Positions 1-13,090 of a DNA stretch of 64,000 nucleotides are shown here, one piece after another (the first letter of the stretch is position 1; every line of letters starts with the position of its first letter). This DNA comes from Anthoceros angustus. Taxonomy: Eukaryota > Plantae > Anthocerotophyta. The translations under genes and the position numbers were made by a program. The notes under the pieces were generated by a model. It saw only the letters and a list, made by a program, of their open reading frames with translations, made no database searches and was not told where the DNA came from. The stretch spans positions 248,001-312,000 of the forward strand of contig MU008168.1 in assembly GCA_010909165.1 (NCBI GenBank), written 5' to 3'.

Positions 1-879
1 AAATATGAAGTTCTTGAAATCCTCCGACTTTTGCAAATTCTCCACATCCTTTATTGTCAACGCCGTGGAAAGAAAAACGTTAGAGCAGGACACCACATTC
101 CTATTGTATTCAAACAAGGTCGATGATGAAGGAGGGTGTGAAAGACGCCACCGACCGCGCCTTCACACCCTCCATCGACAAATTTGGTTTGCGGTGCCCG
201 CACGCCGGCGCCGCCGCCGCCCGCCGTAGGTAGAGCAGACATATGGCGCCGGCGCCGTGACATGTGCAGTTCACAAGATTCAGAGGGGGGAGGCGCGCCG
301 GCCGGCGCCTCCCCACTATCGTGCCATTCTCGACAGAGCGGGACGCCGCCACGGCCTCAATGCAAACGAAAACCAAAGCGACTCATTGTCGTGGTGACGG
401 ATCTCACCTTCCCAAAGAAAAGCCGTTTGAAACCGAGCAATCATGTCGTCCGTTGAGTGTAGGGATATTCCTTCCTCACTTCCTCGAAGATGAGCACTCG
501 GATGTTTAGCCATGGCCACTTGAATAACATGCGGTTTCTTTCTTGAAGTAATTTCGTCCTCCATTCCTTTGAGATCGAGGATGCACAAGACCTTCCGCCG
601 TGACAAGAATCACGCCCACATTCACCCATCGTATACCGGAATGATTTCCGGGTTTGAGCATGTCTTTCGGCTTGAAATACACCGTTTCCACGTGTTTGGG
701 ATCATCTGTGACTTTCCTTTTCCCTTCCCTTTCTTGCCGCGCAGTATGTGCTTCTTCCGCCCGTAACTACCGCTTCCCACTTTGAAAAGATCTTATCAAT
801 ATTATCCCATACCTTGCCCTCGCTCATGATGCATGTATGTGTGTCATGTTGTCCACTTTGTTCTGCTTGTACACGTCAT

Positions 880-1260
880 CTTCGCGGCCTTCATCATCTT
901 CAATTAATCCAAGAACCTTATAAAGATTGAACTTCCATGACATGGTCATCTGCACTCCATCCCGACGCGCAATAAGAAGCTCATCTCGTAAATATCTTAC
1001 ATTCAATAAAAGACATTTTCTTCCGCTTGTCGACATTGTGTTATGGTCGGTTGCAAGAACTCTCATCTCGTGCACCGTAAGCCCACAGATACATGCGCTT
1101 CAACATATTGAAAACGGACTTCCGAGCAATATCGCCAAGTGCTTCATAGCAAGATATGTGGTTCCCCAAGTACACCCATAATATATTTCTTGGCCCGAAT
1201 TTCGCCATCAACTTGCTAATATCGTTGCACTCCCGGGTCAATCATGCATGGCGTAACCCT
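880..1260 (-). pseudogene. Core of a frameshifted cargo ORF (fragments span about 1-3150) with a ParB-like motif pair
   Basis: Joined across frames: ...YLGNH(I/T)..LAMKHL... then ...CICGLTVHEMRVLATDHN..., resembling the GNH + GL..E...LA..HN pattern I recall from ParB-like domains of eukaryotic mobile elements. Confidence 0.3.
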
Positions 1261-4200
1261 TCTTCAATCCTTCCTTGAATAACTCGGGCTAGGTAGTTTG
1301 ACCATGCCTCGTCCACCTCCCGATTTGGGCATCCGGTGTAATAAAAGATCTTTCAAATTCTCAAGCTTTACGACTGCCTCCGAACAACTTTCTTGGCATA
1401 GGCGAGTCCACGATTATTGTCAATGGGTCGATTCGGATAGCATCTTCAAGTCTTTCCTCATCTCGCACATGGATGCTATGTTCTCTGGTGGGCTTCACTC
1501 ACGGTTTCCTTCCCGGATTTCTTCTTTCTCTTCCCCTGTGGAGCCTCGCTATGTGAGCGATGGTATGCCCTGCGGCCCACCATGCCTTGCTCTCCCACTC
1601 GAGTCCCTGTCCATACTCTCGGATCGGCGGACACGGAGGTGCCTCAATAGAACCGCGCCGCCCACCGCTCACCGTCTCTTCCGCAACAAGTGCAACCAGA
1701 TCGGCCGGCCGGCGCCCAACCCTTCGCAGTGCCTTGGGAACCCGAAACCGGTTGGGGTCCGTGTAACCAGTCTCAAAGACTTATCAGGAGGGGGCCGGCC
1801 GGCGCCTCACCTCCGCGATACCACTGGGTACCTCCATGGAGGAGCCGGAAAAGGAATGTCCAAGAACATCCTTCCATCCTCGCCTCCCGAAAGTCGCCAT
1901 CGTCGGAGTGGCCAAGGACGTCGGGTATACACCCATCCTCCTCATCAGATGGGCCGAGCTCACTAGCTGCACTGCGCTCGGCTTCGGTGAGCCCGTCATG
2001 CACATTCTGTCGAAGCTGGGCTCTGACTCGTCGTTGTGACATTTCCCTCCTATGCTGGATGACGGATTCGGTAATCTTCCCGCATATGGTCGTAATCGTG
2101 CTCTAGCTTGAGCATCCCAAAAGTAAAAAGGATTGAGGAAACGCAAGATAGAAGGCACAAGTCATGGAAACCAACATACAACGATTTGCATCAAGCGCCT
2201 TGAAAACCTTATTCCAAAGTTTTACTTATATCGACGATAGCATTTCAAATCCTCCACCAGTTTGAAGGATCGCACTTCTTGCTTTGGAAGCCATGTAGGT
2301 GACCTCATAAGCCTTGTACATGGTTTCATCTTCGCTTATCCGATCAAATACCAAAGGCTTTGTTGTACGACATCAAACACAGCTCTCGTCCATCCATATC
2401 CACGATCATAGAACCCAGCCCTTGCTCTGGTTTTGGCAAGGCCCCTTGAACCCTCGACCCACAGTTTCAATAGAGGAGTCCAAAAATTGTTCTCCTCCGA
2501 AGGCTCCTCATCCTGTGTCAACATCCAGTCCTTCTCGAGCAGAACAGTGGCCTCCACCTTGCTCCCCAACCGACGTATGGCAACAGTATCCTCATAGTTA
2601 AATGGCGTTGGAATAGGCGCTGGCACTGATTGCCTGTGGGGTCTCTTCCCTCGGTCTCCTCCCTGCGCAGCCTTCTCCTTCGTTGTGCTGGCCTTCCCAG
2701 ATGTTAGGCTGCCCGATTTCCCATGCCCAATTGACAAATTACCTCCAGGGCTGGTGCTTGATGGCTGGTTGTATCTCGCGCCCACCACCGGAGGTAGGCG
2801 CGTGCCTTCTCCGACATCCACACCGAAATTCCGCCGCATCCTTCTTCTTCCGCCGGGATTTCTTGGTTTTGGGCATCGGGTCGGGATGTTGCCTCGGTTC
2901 TCCACGTTCCTTCCTACTTGTCTTCCGCCATCCTCAAGAGATTAGATACAATCGCCATAGGAAGCCAATTCAAAGAAGGAATCGTCACAACTTGAAGGAA
3001 ATTTGCGAGCAGGAAGGGGAGGGCCATACCAAGACTATGTGAATCGGAAGAGGAAATGGCGGAGGATCGCGCGTGGAGAAGTCGCGTCTTTGGGAGCGCC
3101 AAAAGTCCTTCGCCGAGAGTTGATGCCGAGGCGGCCGCCACCGTCTGTCTGGAAGAACTTGCTCGCTCTCTCGGGGTTACTCTCCACTGAATCAGTATGA
3201 CGCTCGGTCACGTCATACACATGTGCCGCAACCCTAACCATAAATGTCAATTAAGGAAATGATTACGGAAAACCATTTATAGGACCCTAAGTCAAAAGCC
3301 GTACATGTGAACCCCAATGCCGAAAACAATGAAGAGGCGGTGTGCCTCGCGCCAAGTTCTACCGGTGAAGATCTTTCGGTTTATTTGCTCATAATGGCAT
3401 TTCCACCTTACCTTACCTTGCCGCCTATGTCATGGCATACCACGCCTGTGAAGAGTGAGGACCATATTTCGGAGGTTAGAGGTGCGGAGTCCTCGGCCGA
3501 CAATGTTGCGCCACCCACACATCGCTTGTCGAAGAGGTCGAGTTTGTCACCACAAGTGCATTCCTCACTTCGTTTGTGCGATCAAGGGGAACATGTACTT
3601 GAGAACAAGTGTTGGGTTTGCATCCTCTCGTCTCTGCGTCCCATGTAATGACCGACATTGATGTTGTCGCAGGGAACAGGTGTGGAAGAGGGGTCTTTGA
3701 TTTTGATGGTAGGTGACTCTCTTGTGAGGAGCCAAGGATGGTCAGATGAATGGGGCCCCGCCGCCCGATCATGAGCAACGAAAACGAGTCCGAACTCCGG
3801 AAGGTTAGTTTGCCTTCAACAAGAAGCGACTTGTTTGCGGTGAAGACAATGTTGTGGCGAATAGTCCACCCCATCCGTGGCGATTCCATCTCATGCACAC
3901 CGCGAAGTGGTATTGCGGTAATGCTCGCCGCCATCGACAAGCGCCCTCTCCGGATTCCGCGTGTGCCCATGACCCCGTGAACTTGAACTTATATGCGCCA
4001 TTGATGGGAATCCGCATCCAGCGAAGACACCGGAAGGAAGGGAGATGGGGTGCGTAATCCGTGGTTTGTTCCGCCAAGGAGCGATGAGGATGACCGCAGG
4101 ATCGAGTTCTTCCACAAGCAAATGATCCGTGGATCGAGGATGGGGATGATGACTTTGTTCACCCTCCCCGGTGCATCCGGAACATTCCATCCCAAGCCTT

Positions 4201-4269
4201 TAAGTGAGACATTGATGACAACAAAGTCAAGTGGACAGCGCACGGCGGGTGTCTTTGCAAAAATGTGAA

Positions 4270-6910
4270 TGGAGAAGGTGACGGCAGACTTTCTTAAACC
4301 GTGTTGCAACCAAATGTGCATGCAGAGTTGACCAAGCAAGGCCTTGAGCAACGATATAGGTTCCTCACAATGTGCGTGCAAGAGCAAGAGACATTTCTTC
4401 AAAGCCTCGTACATCGGGACCCGAGTCAAACTAACAAAGAAAGAGTTTTACGCATGTTATGGGATCGGTTCCTCTACGTGAAGGCCTAAGAGTATATTGT
4501 ATGGGGCACAATGATACGAGGAATCGAAAGGGAGGGTCATGAGGAATGCCCGTGGGATAGTGTTCGAACCAACCCAATTCATAAGTCCCGTCATGCACTT
4601 GGTGCTCTAGCGTGGATGGATAATGCTTTTCGCTCATGGTGAAAGACTCAACGTGCGGTGTATAACCACCGACACCTATACAAAGCTGGAGATATGGTCA
4701 TTGTACAAACGGCGGTCAAAGCTCGTCTCAGCTTTGTGACGACGTGGTTTTTGAAGTTATGGAAATCTAACTTCACCGAGTGAAGATTCCCAAATCCAAC
4801 AGTTCTCGACCGCTCAATATGTCTGGTTAAAGACCACCATTCGAATACAACTCGGAAGGTTGATCAAGGTAGATATCACTCTACCACTAGTACAACCCAT
4901 CTCGGTGGGAGGAGTTTTTCGTGTTCATCCCATAGTTCGCCGAATGAGCACCGGGTATGCGGATGGTTCAAAACTGAAATGAGGGTGGCGCCCGCCGCGC
5001 CACCCATGATGACCGCTGCATCAAGTTGCTCGAGTACCATGTTTGAAACTCGGTCCTTGTTCATGGATGGCCCTGGTTGTAGGTTTGATTGGTCGAGTTT
5101 AGGGGCCCGGGCGCGGCTGCCGGCGCCTGGCCCCATCCACCTTCAAACTCGCCAACCATAATATATGACCTAGAAGGTGGACGTTTTGTAGATTTTAGAT
5201 TGGGGAAGATGGTAAATGTATGTGTGAAGAGGTGATAGTCCACGACATCGGTTTGTTGTATGCAATGGGTTTCATGGATTCTGTCTTCGCTTGTGGTGTG
5301 GAAGAAGCGTGTTTGTATGTGTGAAATTGGGGAACGTGAAAACTTGGAAGGATGTGACACTTGGAACGTGTTTGGTCAGGAAAAAATATCAGCCGTTAGA
5401 GGCACACCGCGGCTGCAGGAGGAGCGGGAAAAATGGCAAAACACCGTGAAAAGAGTTACAGGAACCGGATAAGTACATGCTCCTCGCTATAGACGGAATG
5501 GACCAAGAAGACCGAGATTCCACACTTTCGTTGGCCAAAGAATCTTGATGAGGACGCTGTATCTGCACGTAGTGGGTTGCATGATCCACAATTATACGAC
5601 GCAGCAAGAGTGTTTTTGCACTATGCCAATTTGAGGAACGATGCGAATCGACAATCGTGATTATTCAAGATGTTATTCTTAATTATAAAGGAGTGCTACC
5701 CAAAGTGCTCTATTTGCAGCTTGACAACACTTGCCGGAAAACAAGAACCAGCTGTTGTTTCGTGATTTGAACATGCTAGTTGATATGGGAACTTTTCGGT
5801 GAAGGTTGGGTTCCTCCTTGTTGGGCACACTCACCAAATCGACCAAATGTTCTCTTGCTTTTCCAAAAGCTTGAAGCACAAGGAGGCACACACTCTTCCG
5901 CGTGGCTACATCGGTTCATGCATACACGCCTACACCGGAGATCAAAGTTTTGGGAGGTCCGGACTTCCTCATATGTATGGCCGATTAGACAAGGCGATGG
6001 TCCAGCATATTCATCGGTGAGAAAATTGAACAACTTATCTTTCCAGACCGCTTTAAAATCACCAGAGAAGACAAACCACTGGGGTGGTGATGAATTAGGA
6101 GCAAGCAATATTCGACATCGATGTATTGGGAAACCGGCCGGGTTGGAGTTTTTGAAATTTGTCCCTCCAACGACATAACAACAAGACCGCCGGCCCGGCT
6201 CGAGACAAGAAAGGGACGGGGTTATCTCCAAGGAGTGGCACATTTGAGAGCGGGTCTGCTGAGCGCCATATGTGATTGGGGATGGTATGGATGGTGGGAA
6301 GCATTCAGGTGGACCAAGAAGAAATCGCAATAATCGTGGAGAACAACATTGGGCTCAGAAGTGCCGTGGAAATGGTTCTCTCGAATCGGAAGAAAGCAAC
6401 CACTCCAAGTTCCCGATGAAGCTATCCTAGAGGAGGCGTTGCTAAGAGAACTCCCCAACGGATATGTACTTGGGGCCTTACCGGCGGTTGGGAAGCGGCG
6501 AGAAATGGCACGCTTGCATGGAGATGTAAAAGACATAAAGGAAGGATGTTCATCGCAGTACAGCCGATACGCATAATCGCCTTTCCGGATTGGGAAAGTT
6601 AATCGTGAGGTTGGATGTGGAAGAGCCTCATTTCACGTACTGGATCGAGCACAGATGCATATGAAGGCGGATCGTGGAAGAATATGTGATTCTGCACTTC
6701 CACCGAGCATGGGATTGGAAGGAAAAAGGGTGGGAAGGCAAATTTCAAGAATGTTCAAGAAGTCTTCATCAATAAAACCGTCATCTTGTATTATGGGTTC
6801 GTTTGAATTCGTAAACATCTCTATTCCATTGACAAAAAGCGATCGTGATAAGTTGAATGAATTGGGCTTCATCGAGCCACCAAAGTGCACCAAGATAGAA
6901 AGACGGTGAG
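4270..6910 (+). pseudogene. Sola-like / DUF7869-type DDD transposase, frameshifted
   Basis: Joined across frameshifts: PCCNQMCMQ (4300), FLKLWKSNFTEVKIPK (4755-4800), KHREKSYxEPDKYMLLAIDGMDQ-KTEIPHF (5440-5530), LPKVLYLQLDNTCR-ENKN (5697-5750), VKVGFLLVGHTHQIDQMFSCFS (5799-5865), C-terminal WWEAF/VPWKWFS/PFxIGKV. Three acidic catalytic positions. About 4870-5330 does not fit the reading and may be an intron or insertion. Confidence 0.75.
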
Positions 6911-6965
6911 GACATCGGGCCCTTGGACATGGAAGGTGTCAATTCGGAGATGAGTGAAAAGATGT

Positions 6966-9900
6966 ATGAAGTGGAGGCAAACATCGGTGGACATCGAGAC
7001 AAGAGGGTTTACTCTGGCGGTGCCGACCGCCAAGTGTTAGGCTCAAAGTGGGAGCTCGCGTTAGTGATAGGGAATCACCGTTGGTGCTATCATTCGGATC
7101 GGAAGTTGAAGAAGTTGGAGTCACTCGGCCGTAGCGCAGTGACAGGATAATGGCAGCGCGGCCGGCGCCCGCCATTTTTCACCATCCTTAGTAGCATGGA
7201 AACCGCTTTTCCGCACCCTGTATTGTACATTTTGTTCGCAAATCGATATAACCCATCCGTGACGATGCCTAAATCCTAAATCGTGGAATTGATAGCTGTG
7301 GCGCCGCCCACCACCGCTGAGCGCCTTCTTGCCAAAACAAAAGACTATGGGTTCGGACGGTTCGGAAAGAAGTACCATTCTTTACCAATGATGACTGTGA
7401 AGATTGCCTAATGTCTTCAAAAGACCTTGTTTATTTAGACTGCCTCAACAACCCAGTTCCCTTTTAGTCCTTCCGGTACTTATGGTAAGCATGGGTAATA
7501 TGCCAAATTCGATGGCCGAACCACGCCTAACCCTTTGTGTGATGGAGACACGCCCGGACCAATTTCATCCCTTATCGACCCTTATTTTCAGTGCCTTCGA
7601 CCGATGTTGCCCAAAGCAGACCCATCCCAAACCCCTTCCGACGATATTTGGTTGAAAACCCTCATCAGATATATTAACCTCTTCCAAGATTAGCATGTTT
7701 TGAGTTTGTTTCAAGAAGGCGCTCAAGAAGCCGAAGTGCGTGAAAGGACCGAACATGTGAAGAAGTTGCAAGGAAAGCCTGTGAATGTCCGGGACTAGAA
7801 AGAAGGAGATGGCACACTCCGCGGCTGGTTTTAATGTTAGGGATATTTCGCATAATCGATATTCTCAAGGATCTGATTGGTGGTGAGGAGTTTATTGTTA
7901 GTGTGTTTGGGCCGATAGCTGGGAAGAACGAAGGGTTCAAGTGGTCTCGAAAACGCGTTGCAAGTTGCAAGGTGATTTCCCAGTGCGAGTGGGAAAACAT
8001 TGATGATTTGTGTTACTGTGTGTACCAGAAGCGGCCCTCTAAGGGAAAGAAGTTCATTCCTAGGAAGATGGCACTTGGAGTTCTTGTGGAGAAGTTGAAA
8101 GTTGTTTCCATTGATTGGTTCACTTATGACAAGACAACAAAGGCCCTTCGTGTAGGGGGTGTGGTTCGAAGAGCAGAAACATCGAAAAAGAAGATGCAAT
8201 GTGAGGATGTTGTAGTGGAGGACAAAAGGGATGTGAGGTACATATGTTTCATGGATGGCTCAAGCACAAGGGATCTTCCCGTGAGGAGAGTATTAGCCAA
8301 CACGCCTCATGCTCGGAGTCCAAGGTGCTAGTATCTCGTGGAGAGCAGATTCAGCAAAGGAAAGCCCATTCGGACAAGGAAGAGCTACAAACAAAGGTGC
8401 CGTGGTGGAAACTAATGCGACTAAAGATCCGTGGAGTCCACTTCTCATGAGGTGGTGCATTCGTACATGGCATGGGAGATATGGCTATGTCTAGACGTCA
8501 TGGCACCTTCTTGGAAACTGCTCTAGAGGATCTTGTTGTTGTTACAAAGCAGGTGAAGCTCCAAGAGAGAGTTCTCTTGGAGGTGTGTGAGGAAGTTGAC
8601 AAGCTGAAAAAAGGTCTAGGAGACGTGGCCTTGGAGAAGTATGAGCTGAGAGTTGCATCAACCAGCGAAGAAGTGAAGACAACACAGCTGCGTTCTTTGG
8701 TTGAAAGGGAGGAGGGGTTGGTGTCTGAACTTGCCACCTGGCAGCAGAAGCTGCACAAGGCTAAGGAGTGTGTGGAGATACGGAGAAAAGGGGTGGCGCT
8801 GCATGAGCAAGACATGGGCGGCACACCGTGAATTGTCTTCCTTGATGAGGCGACCAGCAAGGCCTCTTTGGCCACCAGCTTGGATTGAAGCCCCTCTTGA
8901 CTGTAGAGGTGCTATGGAGGTGAAGCTGAATGCTGTCCCTTATGTACCAGGTGTGTTCACTGCTCAATGTTGGGTGATGAAGAGTGATTGTCACCACTTT
9001 TCCTTCAATGGTCTTCCTCTTAAATTTGAATATTTGCAAGTTACACCATGTGTAGAGTGCACTTGTGTCTGAATCGCTGGTTAGGTGGTTGGGGGCTCTA
9101 CTTTAGTGGTGTGCTGTGCTTATTATTGCGTTCCACTCAAGGGTTCATATGAAGTGGAGGCAAACATCGGTGGACATCGGTAGACAAGAGGGTTTACTCG
9201 ACCGTCAAGGCCGACCGCCAAGTGTTAGGCTCAAAGTGGAGCTCGCGTTAGTGATAGGGAATCACCTGTTGGTGCAATCATTCGGTGACTGGAAGTTGAA
9301 GAAGTTGGAGTCACTTCCCCTGGTCGTAGGTTGCAGTGTCGGCGACAAGGACAAATGGCAAGGCGCCGGTGGGCCGGCGCCCGCCATTTTTCACCATCCT
9401 TTAGTAGCATGGAAACCGTTTTCCGCACCAGTCCTGTGTATTGTACATTTTGTTCGGCAAACTGTATATAACCCATCCGTACGCATGCCTAAATCCTAAA
9501 TCGTGGAATTAGCTCGGCGCGCCCACCGGCGCCTCGAGCGCCCTTCTTGCCAAAAACAAAAGACTATGGGTTCGACGACGGTTCGGAAAGAAGCACCATT
9601 CTTTACCAATGATGACTGAAGATTGCCCGCAATGTCTTCAAAAGACCTTGTTTATTTAGATCAGGCCTCAACAACCCGTTCCCTTTTAGTCCTTCCGGTA
9701 CTTATGGTAAGCAAGCATGGGTCGAATATGCCAAATTCGATGGCCGAACCACGCCCTAACCCTTTGTGTGATGGAGACACGCCCGGACGTCAATTTCATC
9801 CCTTATCGACCCTTATTTTCGTGCCTTCGACCGATGTTGCCCAAAGCAATGCGACCCATCCCAAACCCCTTCCGACGATATTTGGTTGAAAACCCTCATC

Positions 9901-11376
9901 AGATATTAACCCCTTCCAAGATTAGCATGTTTTGAGTTTGTTTCGAAGAAGGCGCTTCAGAAGAAGCTGGAAGTGCGTGAAAGGACCGAACATGTGAAGA
10001 AGTTGCAAGGAAAGCCTGTGAATGTCTGGGACTAGAAAGAAGGAGATGGCACACTCCGTCGTGCTGGTTTTAATGTTAGGGATATTTCGTACACTGATAT
10101 TCTCAAGGATCTGATTGGTGGTGAGGAGTTTATTGTTAGTGTGTTTGGGCCGATAGCTGGGAAGAACGAAGGGTTCAAGTGGTCTCGAAAACGCGTTGCA
10201 AGTTGCAAGGTGATTTCCCAGTGCGAGTGGGAAAACATTGATGATTTGTGTTATGTGTAAAAGGCCCTAGGGAAGAAGTTCATTCCTAGGAAGATGGCAC
10301 TTGGAGTTCTTGTGGAGAAGTTGAAAGTTGTTTCCATTGATTGGTTCACTTATGACAAGACAACAAAGGCCCTTCGTGTAGGGGGTGTGGTTCGAAGAGC
10401 AGAAACATCGAAAAAGAAGATGCAATGTGAGGATGTTGTAGTGGAGGACAAAAAGGGATGTGAGGTACATATGTTTGCGGATGGCGGTCAAGCACAAGGG
10501 GATCTTCCTGGTGAGGAGAGTATTAGCCAGCGAACACGCTCTCATGCTCGGAGTCCAAGGTGCTAGCATCTCCGGAGAGCAGATTCAGCAAAGGAAAGCC
10601 CATTCGCCAAGGAAGAGCTACAAACAAAGCAGCTGTGGTGGAAACCAATGCGACTAAAGATCCGTGGAGTCCACTTCTCATGAGGTGGTGGCTGAACCAT
10701 TCGTACATGGCACGAGCAAGTGGCTATGTCTAGACGCCATGGCACCTTCTTGGAACCGCCTAGAGGATCTTGTTGTTGTTACAGTAGTGAAGCTCCAAGA
10801 GAAAGTGCTCTTGGAGGTGTGTGAGGAAGTTGACAAGCTGAAAAAAGGTCTAGGAGACGTGGCCTTGGAGAAGTATGAGCTGAGAGTTGCATCAACCAGC
10901 GAAGAAGTGAAGACAACACAGCTGCGTTCTTTGGTTGAAAGGGAGGAGGGGTTGGTGTCTGAACTTGCCACCTGGCAGCAGGTCGCAAGGCTAAGGAGTG
11001 TGTGGAGATATGGAGAAAAGGGTGGCGCCGCATGAGCAAGACATGGCAGCACCGTGAATTGTCTTCCTTGATGAGGCGACCAGCAGGCCTCTTTGGCCAC
11101 CAGCTTGATTGAAGCCCCTCTTGACCGTAGAGGTGGTATGGAGGTGAAGTCAATGCCCCTTATGTACTGTGTGTTCACTGCTCAATGTTGGGTGATGAAG
11201 AGTGATTGTCACCACTTTTCCTTCAATGGTCTTCCTCTTAAATTTGAATATTTGCAAGTTACACCATGTGTAGAGTGCACTTGTGTCTGAATCGCTGGTT
11301 AGGTGGTTGGGGGCTCTACTTTAGTGGTGTGCTGTGCTTATTATTGCGTTCCACTCAAGGGTTCATATGAAGTGGA
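6966..11376 (+). repeat. Tandem duplication of a ~2.2-kb unit (6966-9148; 9149-11366) carrying unknown ORFs, including a coiled-coil ORF
   Basis: Colinear near-identical units differing mostly by small indels; ATGAAGTGGA at 6966, 9149 and 11367; ORFs 7834-8331 and 8472-8831 recur at 10294-10566 and 10664-11035. Confidence 0.95.
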
Positions 11377-11556
11377 TGGTGCTCCAAGTGAGGTGGTAAT
11401 TATGGTGCTGCACGTAATATGGTGCTTTGGAGCACCATCCACTTGATGGTGCTCCTTATGTAGCTGCACTTTTTATGGTGCTTTGGAGCACTTTCCACTT
11501 GATGGTGCTACACTGTTTATGGTGCTTTGTTCAAGTGGATGCAGATGTCATGGTGC
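11375..11556 (+). repeat. Array of about 8 ATGGTGC(T) motifs
   Basis: ATGGTGC recurs every 15-30 bp, with inverted AGCAC copies (GGTGCTTTGGAGCACC). Confidence 0.8.
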
Positions 11557-11642
11557 CTGTTTGTAGTGGTCTAGGTTGAAGTGGAGCTTAATCAAGTGTA
11601 AGGTGAGTGAAGTGAAAACTGACCACTTGAAGTAACCTTAAC

Positions 11643-11918
11643 TTGTGCAAGTGCCATGGTGCACATAATTTTTTAGTTCTTCCTTGTGGACACTCCTACC
11701 ACGACTTTTGCCTCTACCAGCATTTGAGGGAGAGCAGTGTCTGTGCTTTCCGATCTTGTGGCTTGGAGGTTCCCCGCACGTGGTTGAGGGCAAAGGGATG
11801 GGCTTCTAGTGCTTTGAGTGTGTTCTCTAACATGGCTGAAGACTGGGAAGCCATACAGTTGGAGGAATGGGGTGCTGAATTTTATGAAGTCGGCTGGAAA
11901 GCGTGCAGGGTTCTTTGA
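11643..11918 (+). CDS. Small RING-H2-like zinc-finger ORF (transposon cargo)
   Basis: CKC...LVLPCGHSYHDFCL...VCAFRSC; the LPCGHxYHxxC core is RING-H2-like, while the first and last Cys pairs have atypical spacing. Confidence 0.5.
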   Translation: MCKCHGAHNFLVLPCGHSYHDFCLYQHLRESSVCAFRSCGLEVPRTWLRAKGWASSALSVFSNMAEDWEAIQLEEWGAEFYEVGWKACRVL

Positions 11919-12389
11919 TGTTAACAACTCCGCCACTGCACAACTATGGTTCTTCACCATGCGGGACGAGTTCTTCCCTGCAGTTTTCAACATTTGGGGG
12001 CTTGACACACCGGGGACAGGGACACCAGGAAATGCACGAACACCACCATCACGAATTGCTCCATCCACATTAAGCAGCCAGTCTCCTGCCAGAAATGTGG
12101 TGGCCAATCTGTGGCCTGGGGGAAATCGATTGTCCATATGTCCAGGTAATTAAGAAGTAGTGATGGTGGAGCACACTCCTCCTGATTAGCTGAGGAGTGC
12201 AGGCAACCAAGACATATGCACACGGTGGTGGAGACTTCTCGTATTACCCCTAGGATGAGCCCATAGGTGTTGGCTATTGGCGAGAAGGTAGTGGCGGATA
12301 TGATCACTGTTTTAGGGTGTGTACACCATTTGTCGAATCCTGGCTCTGATGGACAGAACTACCCTGGCACATCAGGTGGACCCTACGGT

Positions 12390-12720
12390 ATGTCCCCATT
12401 CATCCGCGCCATTCCCACTGTTGCCTTCCAGCATTTTGATATGCCCCTAAGTACATATCACGCTGTAGTAGGTCCCTCAATAATGCCTCATCTAGCAAAG
12501 CTTTATCCGACACTTGAAGTGGTCAGGCTGTATGATCCACTTCTGCACGTGAAAACCACTTCCAAGGACGTTGTAGCACTAGCCCAATGTTATTCTCCAC
12601 AATGATAGCAATCTCCTTCTGGTCCACCCAAAAGGCTTCCCACCACTTGTACTCTTCAACACCTATGGACGCAAATCTTTTAACCCTTCTTGCGAATGGG
12701 CCACACCTTCCATCGGTGAT
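12390..12720 (-). pseudogene. Inverted, diverged copy of the transposase C-terminal region
   Basis: Minus strand reads EGVAHSQEGL...YKWWEAFWVDQKEIAIIVENNIGL..RPWKWFSR..PLQVSDKALLDEALLRDL, colinear with QGVAHLRAGL...WWEAF..DQEEIAIIVENNIGL..VPWKWFSR..PLQVPDEAILEEALLREL at 6220-6530 (+). Confidence 0.8.
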
Positions 12721-12779
12721 AGGATACCCGCTTCCTTCTTGTCCCCCCTAGCTTCACCGCATGCATCGTAGGATGGTGC

Positions 12780-13090
12780 ACAAGGAGGGCGCCACCGACC
12801 GCGCCCCTTAGCACCGGCCGATGCGCGGTGAGCAAGGAGGGCGCCACCGGCCGCCTCCCCCAAAGATGTTTATTTCATGGCCGCCGCCTCCCTAGCACAC
12901 CGTGCCCATGGGCGCCACCGGCCGCCTCAACACGCCCGCCGCCTATGGGCGCCGCGCCGCGCCTCAACACGCCCGCCGCGCCTCAACACGCCCGCCGGCG
13001 CCTCAACACGCCCGCCGCCCATGGCGGCGGCCGCCGCGCCTCAACACGCGCCATGGGCGCCTCCCTAGCACACCGTGCCCATGGGCGAAT
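12780..13090 (+). repeat. GC-rich short-repeat array, probably subterminal to a transposon
   Basis: GCCTCAACACGC x5, CCTCCCTAGCACACCGTGCCCATGGGCG x2, GAGGGCGCCACCG x2. Confidence 0.75.

Noticed and set aside
4270-6910. Programmed frameshifting in the transposase or CEP120
   Set aside because: The shifts are numerous and sit at homopolymers or CWG/CG sites; sequencing error or decay is simpler.
190-7320. Recurrent GCCGGCGCC-type islands in the TE ORFs as a functional motif
   Set aside because: They differ between duplicate copies (about 7155 vs 9361) and break reading frames; likely basecalling noise at methylated GC-rich sites.
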